A stretch of DNA of 63,932 bases, filler included, from Licmophora abbreviata (Eukaryota), in the NCBI GenBank assembly GCA_900291995.1. It is 13 parts of 13 records of this genome, joined end to end, with 100 filler letters (N's around TTAATTAATTAA, not from the genome) between each part and the next. Parts side by side here need not be neighbours in the genome. Positions count along the whole stretch, not along the records: positions 1 to 3,380 come from OLMU01005168.1; positions 3,481 to 5,795 come from OLMU01005170.1; positions 5,896 to 8,034 come from OLMU01005171.1; positions 8,135 to 13,470 come from OLMU01005172.1; 9 more parts are not named here. One strand, written 5' to 3'. Of the stretch, positions 1 through 11,531 are shown in pieces; within the stretch, counting starts at the first letter, position 1, and every line of letters begins with the position of its first letter. The position numbers and the translations under genes were made by a program. The notes under the pieces were generated by a model, which saw only the letters and a program-made list of their open reading frames with translations, was not told the DNA's origin and made no database searches.

Positions 1-194
1 TGATTTCTCGTACTGGCACGTGGATTCACGTAGATTCTGTACCACCAGAAAGATACGCTCTATCATACTCGTATAGAGAGTTTGGATCTTTCGGGTCACC
101 GTCGTCCGTCGTCAATTTCGAAAACGGGCTCGTCGCCAGTGGGAAGTCAGTCTACAATCAGAGTTGCTCCACTTGCGTCCTTCGAATACCATCC

Positions 195-3100
195 ATGCTC
201 TCTCGGATCACAGCTGCCACCAGGAGGACCGCGAGTCGTCGAGCCGTCTTGCTGCAGGGCTTCGCTGCACGAAACCAGCTACTTCGTGTCGCCGCTTCAG
301 ACCCATCACCCATCCGTTTTCTTCTACGACAATTAGACTCCTGTTTCCCCCGTCGCTACTTGCACTTGGCTCCTCGAGAAATTGATCACTTACAGCTGCA
401 CAATGCTGGGAGACTTGCTCAGTATCGACTGGCCAGGGGCGTCAAACTGAACTACGTCGAAGCCACTGCGCTCATTACCATGCAAATGATGGAGTACATT
501 CGTGATGGCACTTACTCCGTCGGCGACTTGATGTCAATGGGACAGCAACTTCTGGGTAGAAACCAAGTTATGCACGGAGTACCGGAACTTATCAAGAATG
601 TTCAAGTGGAAGCGACCTTTCCCGATGGAACGAAAGTGAGTGTGACAGGCTTGCGGTTGCCCGCATCTGTGTATTGGATGCTTGCCTTGTACCTGGTACT
701 CACTCGTCCCGTGGATATTATTTTATAATAACATCATTACAAACATACAGCTCTTGACGATTCATTCTCCCATTAGTGCTCTTGATGGAAATCTCCAACT
801 CGCCTTGGAAGGCTCTTTCCTTCCTGTTCCCGACACGAGCGTCTTCGGTGGTGCAGCAGATCACGAGGACTCTTCTCTTTACCCCGGCAAGGTACTTCCA
901 CGCGAAGGAACAATCGAGCTGAATGCAGGCCGTGATCTGGTGGAGCTTTCCGTAACCAACACAGGTGATCGACCCATTCAAGTCGGCTCTCATTATGCAT
1001 TTTGCGAAACCAACGCCATGTTGGTCTTTGATCGAGAGGTCAGTATCGGGAAACGACTGAATGTGCCGTCGGGTGCGTCCGTGCGATTTGAGCCAGGCGA
1101 GAGCAAGGCCGTCACGCTTGTTGATATTGCTGGTAACCGGCGAGTGCTGTCGGGAAATGGATTGACGAATGGAAGTGTTGAAAATGTGGAAGAAATTATG
1201 AATCGCATTACCGAACGAGGCTTTGGACACGAGGCGGCTCCCAGCACTCCACCCAAGGGAGCGGCATACGTCATGGACCGCGCGGCATACGCCGACATGT
1301 ACGGACCGACCACAGGAGATCGAGTGGTGCTGGGAGATACATCCCTGTCGATCCGCGTCGAAAAAGATTTTACTGTGTATGGCGATGAATGCAAGTTCGG
1401 AGGCGGAAAGTCGTTGCGCGAAGGCATGGGGCAGGCGACCGGGGTCTCTTCTCGGTATGCTCTCGATACAGTCATTACGAATGCTTTGATCGTTGATGCT
1501 GTGCTGGGTATTGTGAAGGCCGATGTGGGAATTAAAGGAAATCGTATTGCAGGAATCGGAAAGGCAGGAAATCCAGATGTAATGGAGGGTGTCGATGACA
1601 ACATGATTGTTGGGACGACGACCGAAGTGATTGCCGGCGAAAAGTTTATTCTGACCGCAGGTGCTATTGATACGCACATTCATTGGATCTGTCCGCAGCA
1701 GATTTATGATGCTGTGGCGAGCGGCGTGACGACAATGTATGGGGGTGGCACGGGTCCGTCAGCCGGGACGTCGGCGACGACGTGCACGCCAGCACCGTCT
1801 CAGATCGAAATGATGCTCAAGGCGACGGATGTATTTCCGCTCAACTTTGGATTTTCTGGCAAGGGCAATACGAGTGATCCGGCGGTATTGGAAGATGTTG
1901 TAAAGGCAGGTTGCGCGGGATTTAAACTGCATGAGGATTGGGGAACGACTCCCAACGCGATTGATGCAGCCTTGACTTTCGCCGAGGACCACGATGTGGC
2001 TATTACGATCCATACAGATACTCTGAATGAATCCGGGTTTGTCGACGACTCGATTGCAGCCATGAAAGGAAGAACGATTCACACTTATCACACAGAGGGA
2101 GCGGGTAAGTTGCTTGCTCTTTGTTCGTCTGGTGAGCTCCCCATGGTGATGGAAAAGAACTCACATGCACTATCGTGCCTCTCACCGAACGATGCCTAGG
2201 TGGAGGCCATGCGCCTGACATAATTAAGGTGAGTACGAGGTTGTGCCTGCATACCAGGTTGCTTTCGCGCGAGTGAGAGAGAATCTTGCAACACAGCGCG
2301 ATATTGGAAACTTACAGGCCTGAACTTCCTTCTTCACTTTCACCAGATTGTGTCTAAGGATCATGTTCTTCCTAGCAGCACCAACCCTACGCGTCCGTTT
2401 ACCACAAATACCATCGACGAGCACTTGGATATGCTAATGGTGTGCCATCACCTCGACTCTAGCATTCCGGAAGATGTAGCGTTTGCTGAATCGCGTATCC
2501 GCGCTGAGACGATTGCCGCAGAAGACATGTAAGACTTTGGTTTGAATTACTGTAGCGTGAATCATATCGGGACTCATTCACTTTTTATTTTCTCTTCTCG
2601 TTTACCGCTAGTCTCCATGATATGGGCGCCATGAGCATGATCAGTAGTGACTCCCAAGCCATGGGTCGTGTCGGTGAGGTGATTTGCCGTACCTGGCAGA
2701 CAGCCGACAAGATGAAACAGCAGCGGGACCTCTGGAGGAGGACTCGACTCCGTACTCAGACGGAAGCATGGACGACAACCACCGTGTGAAAAGATACATC
2801 GCCAAGTATACGATCAACCCTGCTATCACTCACGGCATGAGCAGTCTTGTCGGATCCGTAGAAGTGGGCAAGCTCGCGGATCTTTGCCTCTGGAAGCCAG
2901 GACTGTTTGGTGCCAAACCGGAAATGGTCATCAAGGGCGGTACCATTGCATGGGCTCAAATGGGCGACCCCAATGCATCGATCCCTACACCACAGCCTGT
3001 TATGATGCGGCCTATGTTCGGTTCGCTCGGCAAGGCTGTTGGTGATAACAGTGTTGCCTTTGTGTCCGCCGCAGCGGCTGCCGAAGGAATCGGTGAGAAG

Positions 3101-3292
3101 TATGGGCTACAGAAAGACGTCGTTCCGGTCATGCACTGCAACAATCTTACAAAGAAGGACATGGTTCTCAACGATAGCACTCCAGATGTGCACGTGGACC
3201 CTGAGACATTCGAGGTGTTTGCTAACGGTAGTCGCCTCACGTGCGACCCAGTTGACAAAGTTCCCCTGGCGCAACGCTATTTCCTTTGCTAG
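195..3292 (+). CDS. URE: Urease, single-chain gamma-beta-alpha fusion, with N-terminal presequence; exons about 195-635, 751-2104, 2200-2228, 2347-2528, 2612-3292; apparent 1-bp deletion at 2725-2727
   Basis: Motifs [64 protein letters not shown] (rebuilt across the intron), [29 protein letters not shown]. Four GT-AG introns keep the frame. Confidence 0.97.
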
Positions 3293-3380
3293 CGGGGGGC
3301 CTGTACAATATGCACGATGGAGTGGGACTCTTGGTGGAGGCGACAATGCCCTGGGTAGGCGCGCTTACTAGAGAGACAGC

Positions 3381-3480
3381 NNNNNNNNNNNNNNNNNNNN
3401 NNNNNNNNNNNNNNNNNNNNNNNNTTAATTAATTAANNNNNNNNNNNNNNNNNNNNNNNNNNNNNNNNNNNNNNNNNNNN
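3381..3480. other. Artificial contig linker N44-TTAATTAATTAA-N44; also at 5796-5895, 8035-8134, 13471-13570, 29798-29897, 30943-31042, 35918-36017, 37078-37177, 38866-38965, 47477-47576, 57373-57472, 61812-61911
   Basis: Identical 100-bp N-padded spacer with stops in all six frames, repeated 12 times. Confidence 0.99.
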
Positions 3481-3481
3481 C

Positions 3482-3682
3482 GTTCCGTGGTCCGAGGCAA
3501 ACAACAAGTTTATCTGTCCTTGTCATGCATCGCAGTACGATGAGGTGGGACGAGTTTTGCGCGGACCGGCACCGCTGCCTCTTGCGCTGGCGCACGTCGA
3601 TATCGACGAGAAAGGAGCGGTAGTCATGCTTCCTTGGAGCGAACTGGACTTTCGTACCAATGAGACGGCATGGTGGAACTAA
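3482..3682 (+). CDS. petC: C-terminal fragment of cytochrome b6f Rieske iron-sulfur protein (5' part lost in gap)
   Basis: Manual translation [66 protein letters not shown] has Rieske box II, the GPAP loop and the PetC-type DFRT..WW tail. It is absent from the ORF track. Confidence 0.9.
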   Translation, partial: VPWSEANNKFICPCHASQYDEVGRVLRGPAPLPLALAHVDIDEKGAVVMLPWSELDFRTNETAWWN

Positions 3683-3856
3683 GTTGGAGGAATGAGTAGA
3701 CAAACGGTATCGATAAACAGAAATCCTTATGATGGTTGACAGTGTGTGCAAGGTATTTCGTCCAAGTGTGGATGCGTTAGGCAACAAGGTAGAGCGTTCT
3801 AGAGGTTGACGTTTGCGAGCGGCGCTGGGTTTCGGAATCGCCAGAAGAGAGCTATC

Positions 3857-5986
3857 TCAACGGCGAAAGCCACGACCCCCACCACGCCCTCCACCTCGCC
3901 CATATCCACCGCCACGACCAAACCCTCCTCTCGAGTAGCCTCGTCCCCCACCGTTCATATACCCTCGACCGCCCCGGCCTCCTCGCCCTCGTCCTCCCCC
4001 TCCATACCCGCGCCCCCCACCGCCAAACCGATTGCGTGGCACCATTGCCTGCAATTCGGGCGGGATTTCCTGTTCTGCCTTGCCCAGTACTTCCACCAAC
4101 TGCCTCGCGCACTTGCGATCTCCCTGTGTAAAGAAAGTGGAAGCCACTCCCTTGGCTCCAGCTCGACCTGTCCTCCCGATGCGATGCACTATGAAAAAAT
4201 GGAATGAACAATGAAGCAGAGTGTTGGCACCTAGAATACACACAGATCGATCGTCATACCAAACCCTTCCCCCATCCACTCACCGTAATCTTCCACCGCG
4301 TTGACACCAGCCGGCATATCGTAATTCACCACCGTCGAAATGTCCTTCACGTCCAACCCACGCGCTGCCACGTCTGTCGCAATCAACATGCGCAATGCGC
4401 CACTCTTGAAAGCATTCATCACCTTGGTTCGTTCCCATTGCGCACGATCACCATGCAACGAATCGACCGCAAACCCATCCTCCCAAAGCTGATTGGCAAG
4501 GTCATTGCATGAAACTTTTTTCGCGACAAAAACAATCACTTTGGCGTGCTTTTTGCCACCCAAATCGTTCATACGATTGTTGTTGTTCTTGTTGGAATCG
4601 TTCGGCTCGCTTTCTTCCATCAGTTTCTTCAGAATCTCCGTGAGTTTGTCAAACTTTTCCGACTCTTGACACATAATGATATTTTGTGTGATGTCCTTGT
4701 TGGCATTCAAGGCATTGACCTCCCCGACATTGATCTGAATGGGATCCTTCAAGAAGTCATGGGCGAGCTGCTGAATTTCTCGAGGCCAGGTGGCGGAGAA
4801 CAACATGGTTTGACGCGAGGGGGGGATGTTCTGAATAATGGAGCGAATCTGCGGTTCAAAGCCCATATCCAGCATGCGATCGGCTTCGTCCAAGACAAGG
4901 TACTTGACAGTGGAAAGGTTGGCCTTTTTCATTTCGATCAAGTCGTTCAGACGACCCGGTGTGGCAATGACACAATCGACACCTCGTGAAAGAGCAGCAA
5001 TTTGTGGATACTTGGGCGAGCCACCGTAGCAACAGACACTGCGAATGCCAAGAGTACGGCCAAACTTCTGTGCTTCCTCCATGATTTGCACTGCAAGTTC
5101 TCTCGTTGGAGCAAGTACCAAGAGACTCGGAGACGGACTGCGGTGATCAGGTCGACGGGCACCTCCGCCACCGCCGCCGCGACTTTGCAAGTGCTGATGA
5201 AAGGCGGGAAGCAAGAACCCACAAGTCTTTCCAGATCCAGTTTTGGCGATTGAAATCAAGTCAGCCCCCTTGATGGCAATGGGCCAGGCCTTGAGAGTAT
5301 TGAAATAGAGTGAAGAGTGGCTGTGTTAGATCGGATTGTGGCTAGAGCGAGACACATTCTTCATTGGCCGCAGCTTGTAGCACAGCTTCGACTCAGTCTT
5401 CGTTGATGTACTTACTTGCGATTGAATAGCAGTCGGTGCTGAGAACCCAGCCTGTTGAAGCGACATCTGGATTGCACTGGAAAAGGGTGCATCCGTAAAC
5501 TTGAAAAAGGGACTAGCAAACTCTGACGTACCGGCGTTCGTCCCGTGCCCCCGAATCTCAATGCCATGTTCATTCCTCCACGCCTCAGGCGACTGTTCTT
5601 CCTCCTTGGCATCCATAGAGCGCGTTCGACGCTTCTTAGTCTCTTGACCGGCTTGTTCCGTAAAATCCTTGGACCAGCTGCGCATGCGCTTCATCTCCGT
5701 AACATGTTCTGACGAGTCGGTTCCAAGCTGCGCGGCTTCGCGTTTCTTGTCCTTTTTCCGTTCCGCCTTGAGTTCTTCGTACGAAATTCCCATGGNNNNN
5801 NNNNNNNNNNNNNNNNNNNNNNNNNNNNNNNNNNNNNNNTTAATTAATTAANNNNNNNNNNNNNNNNNNNNNNNNNNNNNNNNNNNNNNNNNNNNAAGCA
5901 GCTTCCTTTTTGAGTGCTTCTTTCTTGGCCTTGCGAGCGGCCTTGTCGTCCTTGTCTGAAGCAGTAGTGTGAGTGGTTGTGGCCAT
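3857..5986 (-). CDS. DEAD-box RNA helicase, DBP2/p68-like, with RGG tail; spans linker 5796-5895; introns 5290-5415 and 4189-4283
   Basis: PTAIQSQAWP (Q motif), [43 protein letters not shown] and C-terminal RGG repeats. Confidence 0.93.
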
Positions 5987-6532
5987 GGTAGTGATAGGCG
6001 ACGTGTTTACGATGGAAAAAGTGAGAAAGCAGTGTGTGGATACCGAAAACAGAAAACTCAAAACTGAAAACGTTTCGGTGGTTGTCAGAGCACTCGACTG
6101 ACGGAGGAGAGACGGGCGCTTCCTTCTATATTGACACTTTTGGTGTTCTCTTATCGCGAACCCTCGTCACTGATGAAACGGGGTGCGAATTACAAACTCA
6201 AAACAGAGTTGAACCGTTGACACGTAGACGAGCGACGAGAGTTCATCCACTCCTGCTCGACACGTTGTGTGAAACGGTGTACTTTTGTTCTCTCTCATTT
6301 TCGGGCTATCTTAGTTTTTGATTCAAGAGAGCGGAGGAATACGCCTGGTACCGCCAAAAACTCACGCAAAAATTAAGTTTTGACGTCGAGAACCGCACCG
6401 TATCTTTTTAGAACAGAACACATATTTAAGTCTCCCACAACAAATCCAGAAAAGGCTTCTTGCAACCCATCCGATTGCCATTATTCTCATCCCCTCAGAA
6501 TATTTGCAAGGTCCTACAGAGACGCAGTCATC

Positions 6533-7461
6533 ATGGGAGGACCTGGTCTCAACGATAAGGTTCGAAGGCTTGAATCTGAACCTACCATGCTTATGTGCGA
6601 TGTCGCTCGCCATCTACATGGTACACTCACGCTGTCATCGGTTTTGTCTCTCGCTGTTGTAGTTTCCCAACCTAAAAGGTAGCACGCAGGACACTGAAGC
6701 TTTCGACTTGTACGAGTATATTGGAGATGCTTGGGGATTGGTGTTTATGCATGTAAGTGCGAGAGGAGTCTTAGCTAGGTCGGTAGGCGTTGAAGATCGT
6801 GTTTTGCACTCACTCACACTACCACCGATATCACTACTTCAACACTCGTCTCAATAAACTCTTCCTATCTACTCTCGATCTTTCGCAGCCTGGCGACTTT
6901 ACGCCCGTCTGTACGACCGAACTTGGCGCTGTGGCCAATTTGAAAGACAAGTTTCAAGCCCGAGGTGTCAAGCTCTGTGGATATTCTTGCAACGATGCCG
7001 CCTCCCATAGGATGTGGATTCAAGATATTCTGCACGTCACGGGCGGTCAAGTAGACTTTCCTCTCTTTTGCGATCCCACCCGTACACATGCAGTGGAACT
7101 GGGCATATTGGATGAATCCAACAAGGATGCCAAGGGCCTTCCGATGCCCGTTCGAAGTGTCTTTGTTCTGAAGCCCGACAAGACAATTGCACTCACGATT
7201 GCGTATCCTGCATCGACGGGACGGAACTTTGGTGAAATTCTACGAGTTGTGGATGCGATGAGATTGACTGCCGACCATCAGGTCGCTACTCCGGCCGATT
7301 GGAAACGGGGACAAGATGTGATTGTCAACTTTCCCTTGACAGACCAAGAGGCGGATGAGAAGTTTGGGGAGAGTGGGTATCGTGTTGTGTCGGTGCCATC
7401 AGAACGAGGGAAAGAACTGGCTACGCACTATCTCCGATTCACCAAAGATCCATCGACGTGA
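6533..7461 (+). CDS. 1-Cys peroxiredoxin (PRDX6 family); introns 6560-6662 and 6753-6888
   Basis: Splicing gives WGLVFMHPGDFTPVCTTELG; also YPASTGRNF and ATPADW. Confidence 0.93.
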
Positions 7462-8178
7462 AAACAATAGCAACTCTTGCAGGAGACGAACTCGGACAAT
7501 GTTTAATAAACTTTTATTCTTTTTGACGTCTTGGCTCTCTTGGACTCTCAGTCTGTCGCACTCCCTGATACAAGCGAACGCAAACATCGGAGAGGGTCAT
7601 TGGCAAGTCGGCTGTGTGAAAAATATGGCGGAGAAATGATCAAATTAGGTGCAGCTATAGCGGCAGTGCTCAAGCTCACTATAGAAATAGGATCGCCGGC
7701 TCTAGAGCCCTAGAAACCCGTGGCATGACCAAGAACAACGCATGCTCCCGGATACGACGCGAGGCACGCGTATTGATCCGAAGCTGCTAACCATGCTACG
7801 TGGGCAGAGTAGAAGCGATCACTACGCCCACTATAGTCGTCGCACTTCTTGCAGTTGCAAAGAGTGTTGCGTCGACTAGACTACTACGTAGTAGCTCTTC
7901 AAACGTCCGTGTGTCGCCTTCACCGCCGGAGGTACCCGCCCTGTACTGTATCATGTAGTGTAGTGTAATGATTTCTGTATTCTAAAATAATATTCCTATT
8001 TTTACTAGTTCGACACGGACGGCAGCCACTCAAANNNNNNNNNNNNNNNNNNNNNNNNNNNNNNNNNNNNNNNNNNNNTTAATTAATTAANNNNNNNNNN
8101 NNNNNNNNNNNNNNNNNNNNNNNNNNNNNNNNNNTCAAAACTGAAAAGCCATAAAACAGCGCAAAACATCATCCGACC

Positions 8179-9162
8179 ATGGCGGCGGCAAGCAGCAAAC
8201 TCTTCTCCTCGCCCAGTGCGGCCTTGGTCATTCCCGGCCAAGTGATCGCTTCCTCGTGGACTGCCTCGGAAGAACGTGACTTTTTACGAGGCCACGGAAC
8301 GTACGTCGAGCGAACTACTACGTCTCCTACCACAGAACAAGATTCTAGTACTGGTAGTACTCCTCAAGAGGAACGCTTGATTGCCAGTGTGGCGGGCGTT
8401 GTACAGCGCGTCAACAAACTGGTGTCCGTCATTCCCTTTTCGAGCTGTTATTTCAATGGGCAAGTGGGAGATTTGGTCGTGGGTCGAATCACAGCTGTAC
8501 AGTCTTCCCGCTGGAAAGTTCAAATATCGTCGGCCGGCAGTAGTACCACACAGCTGCCACTGTCTGGAGTGCATTTGCCCGGAGGAGTGCAGAGAGTGCG
8601 GACGGCGCAAGATGCGAGGGATATGAGACTTTTGTTTCAAGAGGGGGACTTGGTGTCGGCGGAAGTACATACGGTATTGCAGGACAATAGTCTCATGTTG
8701 CATACGCGGTCTCTGCGATACGGAAAGTTGCAGAATGGATGCTTGGTTGTAGTACCACCCTCCTTGATTCCGCGGCTGCCACAACATTTTGTTTTATTGG
8801 AGGTACAAGAAGAAAACGAAGATATTCAACTGACAGTACTCTTTGGGATGAACGGCTATCTTTGGATTCAACGTGCTGTACCTAGCACTGCTACTACTTC
8901 CACAACAACAACAACAGCAATCGACAACTGGCACGAAGGACAACAGAAACTGCATGCCTCCACACCGGTCGATGTGTCCACGCGACAGGCCATAGCGCGA
9001 ACACGAAATGCTATTCAGTGTTTGAGTATGGTGCACGCTATGGTGACACCACAGCATGTAGAAAGTGTCTATCAGGCCAGTGTCGAGCAACATGTACGTG
9101 TCGGGGATATGTTGCGGCCGACGCATGTCCTGGAATTGACAGCGTCTTGTCGAAGAGCATAG
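8179..9162 (+). CDS. RRP4: Exosome cap subunit RRP4/EXOSC2 (S1+KH)
   Basis: RGHGTY, ASVAGVVQRVNKL, GDLVVGRI, LHTRSLRYGKL, GMNGYLWI. Confidence 0.92.
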   Translation: MAAASSKLFSSPSAALVIPGQVIASSWTASEERDFLRGHGTYVERTTTSPTTEQDSSTGSTPQEERLIASVAGVVQRVNKLVSVIPFSSCYFNGQVGDLVVGRITAVQSSRWKVQISSAGSSTTQLPLSGVHLPGGVQRVRTAQDARDMRLLFQEGDLVSAEVHTVLQDNSLMLHTRSLRYGKLQNGCLVVVPPSLIPRLPQHFVLLEVQEENEDIQLTVLFGMNGYLWIQRAVPSTATTSTTTTTAIDNWHEGQQKLHASTPVDVSTRQAIARTRNAIQCLSMVHAMVTPQHVESVYQASVEQHVRVGDMLRPTHVLELTASCRRA

Positions 9163-9594
9163 GTAAAGTAGTCTAGTGAATGGCGCCCATGATAGTGTCC
9201 CCTTTCTACATCGTAGGATCCACCGAACTAGACCGCAGAGATCCCTACTACCCTAGCTAGTCCGCAGCTGATGATCGACAGACAGACTTCAAACTCTTTA
9301 GTACAGGTCCAGGGAACAGTCGAACCGGTAGGATGCATAATGCACAACACTAGTGAAGATCTCCGCAAATACATACTTCTCCTCTTATTTACCTGGTACT
9401 CGCACCTGGTACAATCGACCACCGGTAGGTTGCGTCTTGTATTTTAAGTAGCCCTGCTCATTTTATTCAGTCATGGGTCGACAATGGCAGTCACGGGTGG
9501 AATGCGGAATTCTCGGAAGTCCAAACTCTCCCCAAAACACAACACATCAAGATGAGCGCGCCGCCGACCATGAGAAAACTGACAAAGAGACGCG

Positions 9595-11454
9595 ATGGCT
9601 CTTTCTAGACGAGCTCAGAAGTTTCTGCTCTTTGTGATGCTCCCGTATGTACTGTTGGAACGGGGGAGATCAGGGATAGGTCGATGGGCCGATGCATTTG
9701 TGTTTTCGAGCCGAAAATCACGGCGCACATACATCCGGCCCCCGTATCGGCAGACACAAAATCATGGGTACTTGTTCCTCATCAATCCTCATCAACGAGA
9801 GGTTCCTTCAGTGAGAACGGCGTATGGAATGGACACTTTATCATCGAACGATGTCAGATCCAGGCCTTACCCGAACTCCCCTTCATTATCAATACTGAAT
9901 TCCGCTTCATTTTCTTCGGAGGCTGCATCTTCCTCCAGAGACCTCACGAATGACGATGGCGACGACGACTCGCATGACGACACGATCTATGCACTAAGCA
10001 CAGGCGCTGCTGCATCGGGCCAAGCTACGGCTGTGGCTGTGATTCGAATAACGGGTCCAGACGCGCATTCGATCCTAGAAACCCTCACTCCGACCCATAA
10101 ATTCATGCCCAAACCACGCGTCAGTGCCGTGCGAACGTTGAAGGACGTCACACAGACCCCACCCGTATTGCTGGACCAAGCGCTGGTCTTGTTGTTTCAT
10201 GGCCCTAACTCCTTCACTGGGCAAGACGTTGTGGAACTGCATTGTCATGGGTCTCGTGCCGTCGTGCAGGGAATTCTCGACGCACTGTCTCACCATGCTC
10301 GATTGGCTGAACCCGGCGAATTTACACAACGTGCCTTTTGGAACGGCAAGTTGGAATTGCTTCAGGTGGAAGCACTTGCTGACTTGCTTACAGCCGATAC
10401 GCAGACACAACGACAACAAGCCTTGCAGCAGTTGGAGGGGACCTTGACTCAGCTCTACGAGCAGTGGCGCACACGGCTCACCAAGGGACTGGCGCATGCA
10501 GAAGCTGTGATTGACTTTGGAGATGATGAGCGTCTGGATGAAGAAGATGGAGATAATGATGCGGGTCAGTGGAATGTTTGGGGAGGAGTGGGCGATGGAA
10601 TGTCTGCGCTGCGACAAGATATGCAGCGACATTTGCAAGATGCACGAAGAGGCGAGTTGGTGCGAGAGGGGGTGAAGATTGCCATCGTTGGGCCACCGAA
10701 CGCGGGCAAGTCATCCTTGTTCAATGTCTTGGCACAGCGAGATGCTGCTATCGTATCGCCCATAGCTGGAACGACGCGCGATGTCTTGGAGCTGGCGCTG
10801 GATTTGGGAGGCGTTCGGTGTACGCTCAGTGACACGGCCGGAGTACGACAAGAATCCTCGGATGTGATCGAGCTGGAGGGAATGAAGCGTGCCCGGAACG
10901 CGGCCCAGAATGCTGACGTCGTCGTGGCTATGGTGGACGGGACAGAAGCTGAGAAAGGCATATCTGCTCTGAAAGATATATTAAAGACGTCTCGAGAGCA
11001 AGGCGGAACCCTGGATCCTAACAATGTCTTGTTGGTGCTCAACAAACAGGACTTGCAACAGGAGGGCAGGGGTCTTGGCCCGACGGCAACAACTCTAAAG
11101 ACCGCGCAGAATATTCGAGCAGCTTTTGAAATGAGTTGCGAAACAAACCGTGGTGTGGACAGTTTCTTGGATGCTCTCACTGAAACGGTCGTCGAACGGA
11201 TTTCTTCGGGCGACTCTCCAGGAGAGAACGAAGAGGGGGCCATTATTACACGAGCTCGTCACCGCCAGCACGTCGAGGCAGCTGTGGAAGCCCTATCACG
11301 CTTTGAAACTCTTAGCACTCAGGGAACCATGGCGGTTGACATGGCTGCGGAAGAGTTGCGATTGGCCACGTCTGAAATGGGACGCATTACTGGAGCCGTC
11401 GACGTGGAAGACGTGTTGGACGTGCTGTTTACCGACTTTTGCATAGGCAAGTAA
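9595..11454 (+). CDS. mnmE: tRNA modification GTPase MnmE/TrmE, organelle-targeted
   Basis: DTIYALST, GEFTQRAF, GPPNAGKSS, GTTRD, DTAG, NKQD and C-terminal FCIGK; long N-terminal extension containing ADAF. Confidence 0.95.
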   Translation: MALSRRAQKFLLFVMLPYVLLERGRSGIGRWADAFVFSSRKSRRTYIRPPYRQTQNHGYLFLINPHQREVPSVRTAYGMDTLSSNDVRSRPYPNSPSLSILNSASFSSEAASSSRDLTNDDGDDDSHDDTIYALSTGAAASGQATAVAVIRITGPDAHSILETLTPTHKFMPKPRVSAVRTLKDVTQTPPVLLDQALVLLFHGPNSFTGQDVVELHCHGSRAVVQGILDALSHHARLAEPGEFTQRAFWNGKLELLQVEALADLLTADTQTQRQQALQQLEGTLTQLYEQWRTRLTKGLAHAEAVIDFGDDERLDEEDGDNDAGQWNVWGGVGDGMSALRQDMQRHLQDARRGELVREGVKIAIVGPPNAGKSSLFNVLAQRDAAIVSPIAGTTRDVLELALDLGGVRCTLSDTAGVRQESSDVIELEGMKRARNAAQNADVVVAMVDGTEAEKGISALKDILKTSREQGGTLDPNNVLLVLNKQDLQQEGRGLGPTATTLKTAQNIRAAFEMSCETNRGVDSFLDALTETVVERISSGDSPGENEEGAIITRARHRQHVEAAVEALSRFETLSTQGTMAVDMAAEELRLATSEMGRITGAVDVEDVLDVLFTDFCIGK

Positions 11455-11531
11455 CACTATGTACGACAGCCTAGCTACGCAATCATCTCATAGCAGTTGT
11501 CTCGGTGTCCGTCCAACCATCTATCTTCTTT

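Noticed and set aside
718..1683. Long antisense ORFs over urease, and similar ones over DAGL, MnmE, RPS9 and IDE
   Set aside because: Shadow frames of well-supported genes with no recognisable motifs
2721..2740. Programmed ribosomal frameshift in urease
   Set aside because: No X-XXY-YYZ slippery site, and the same one-base loss occurs in four unrelated genes, favouring sequencing error
3425..3436. Repeated TTAATTAATTAA element as a biological repeat or CRISPR-like unit
   Set aside because: Always embedded in fixed-length N runs; it is an assembly spacer
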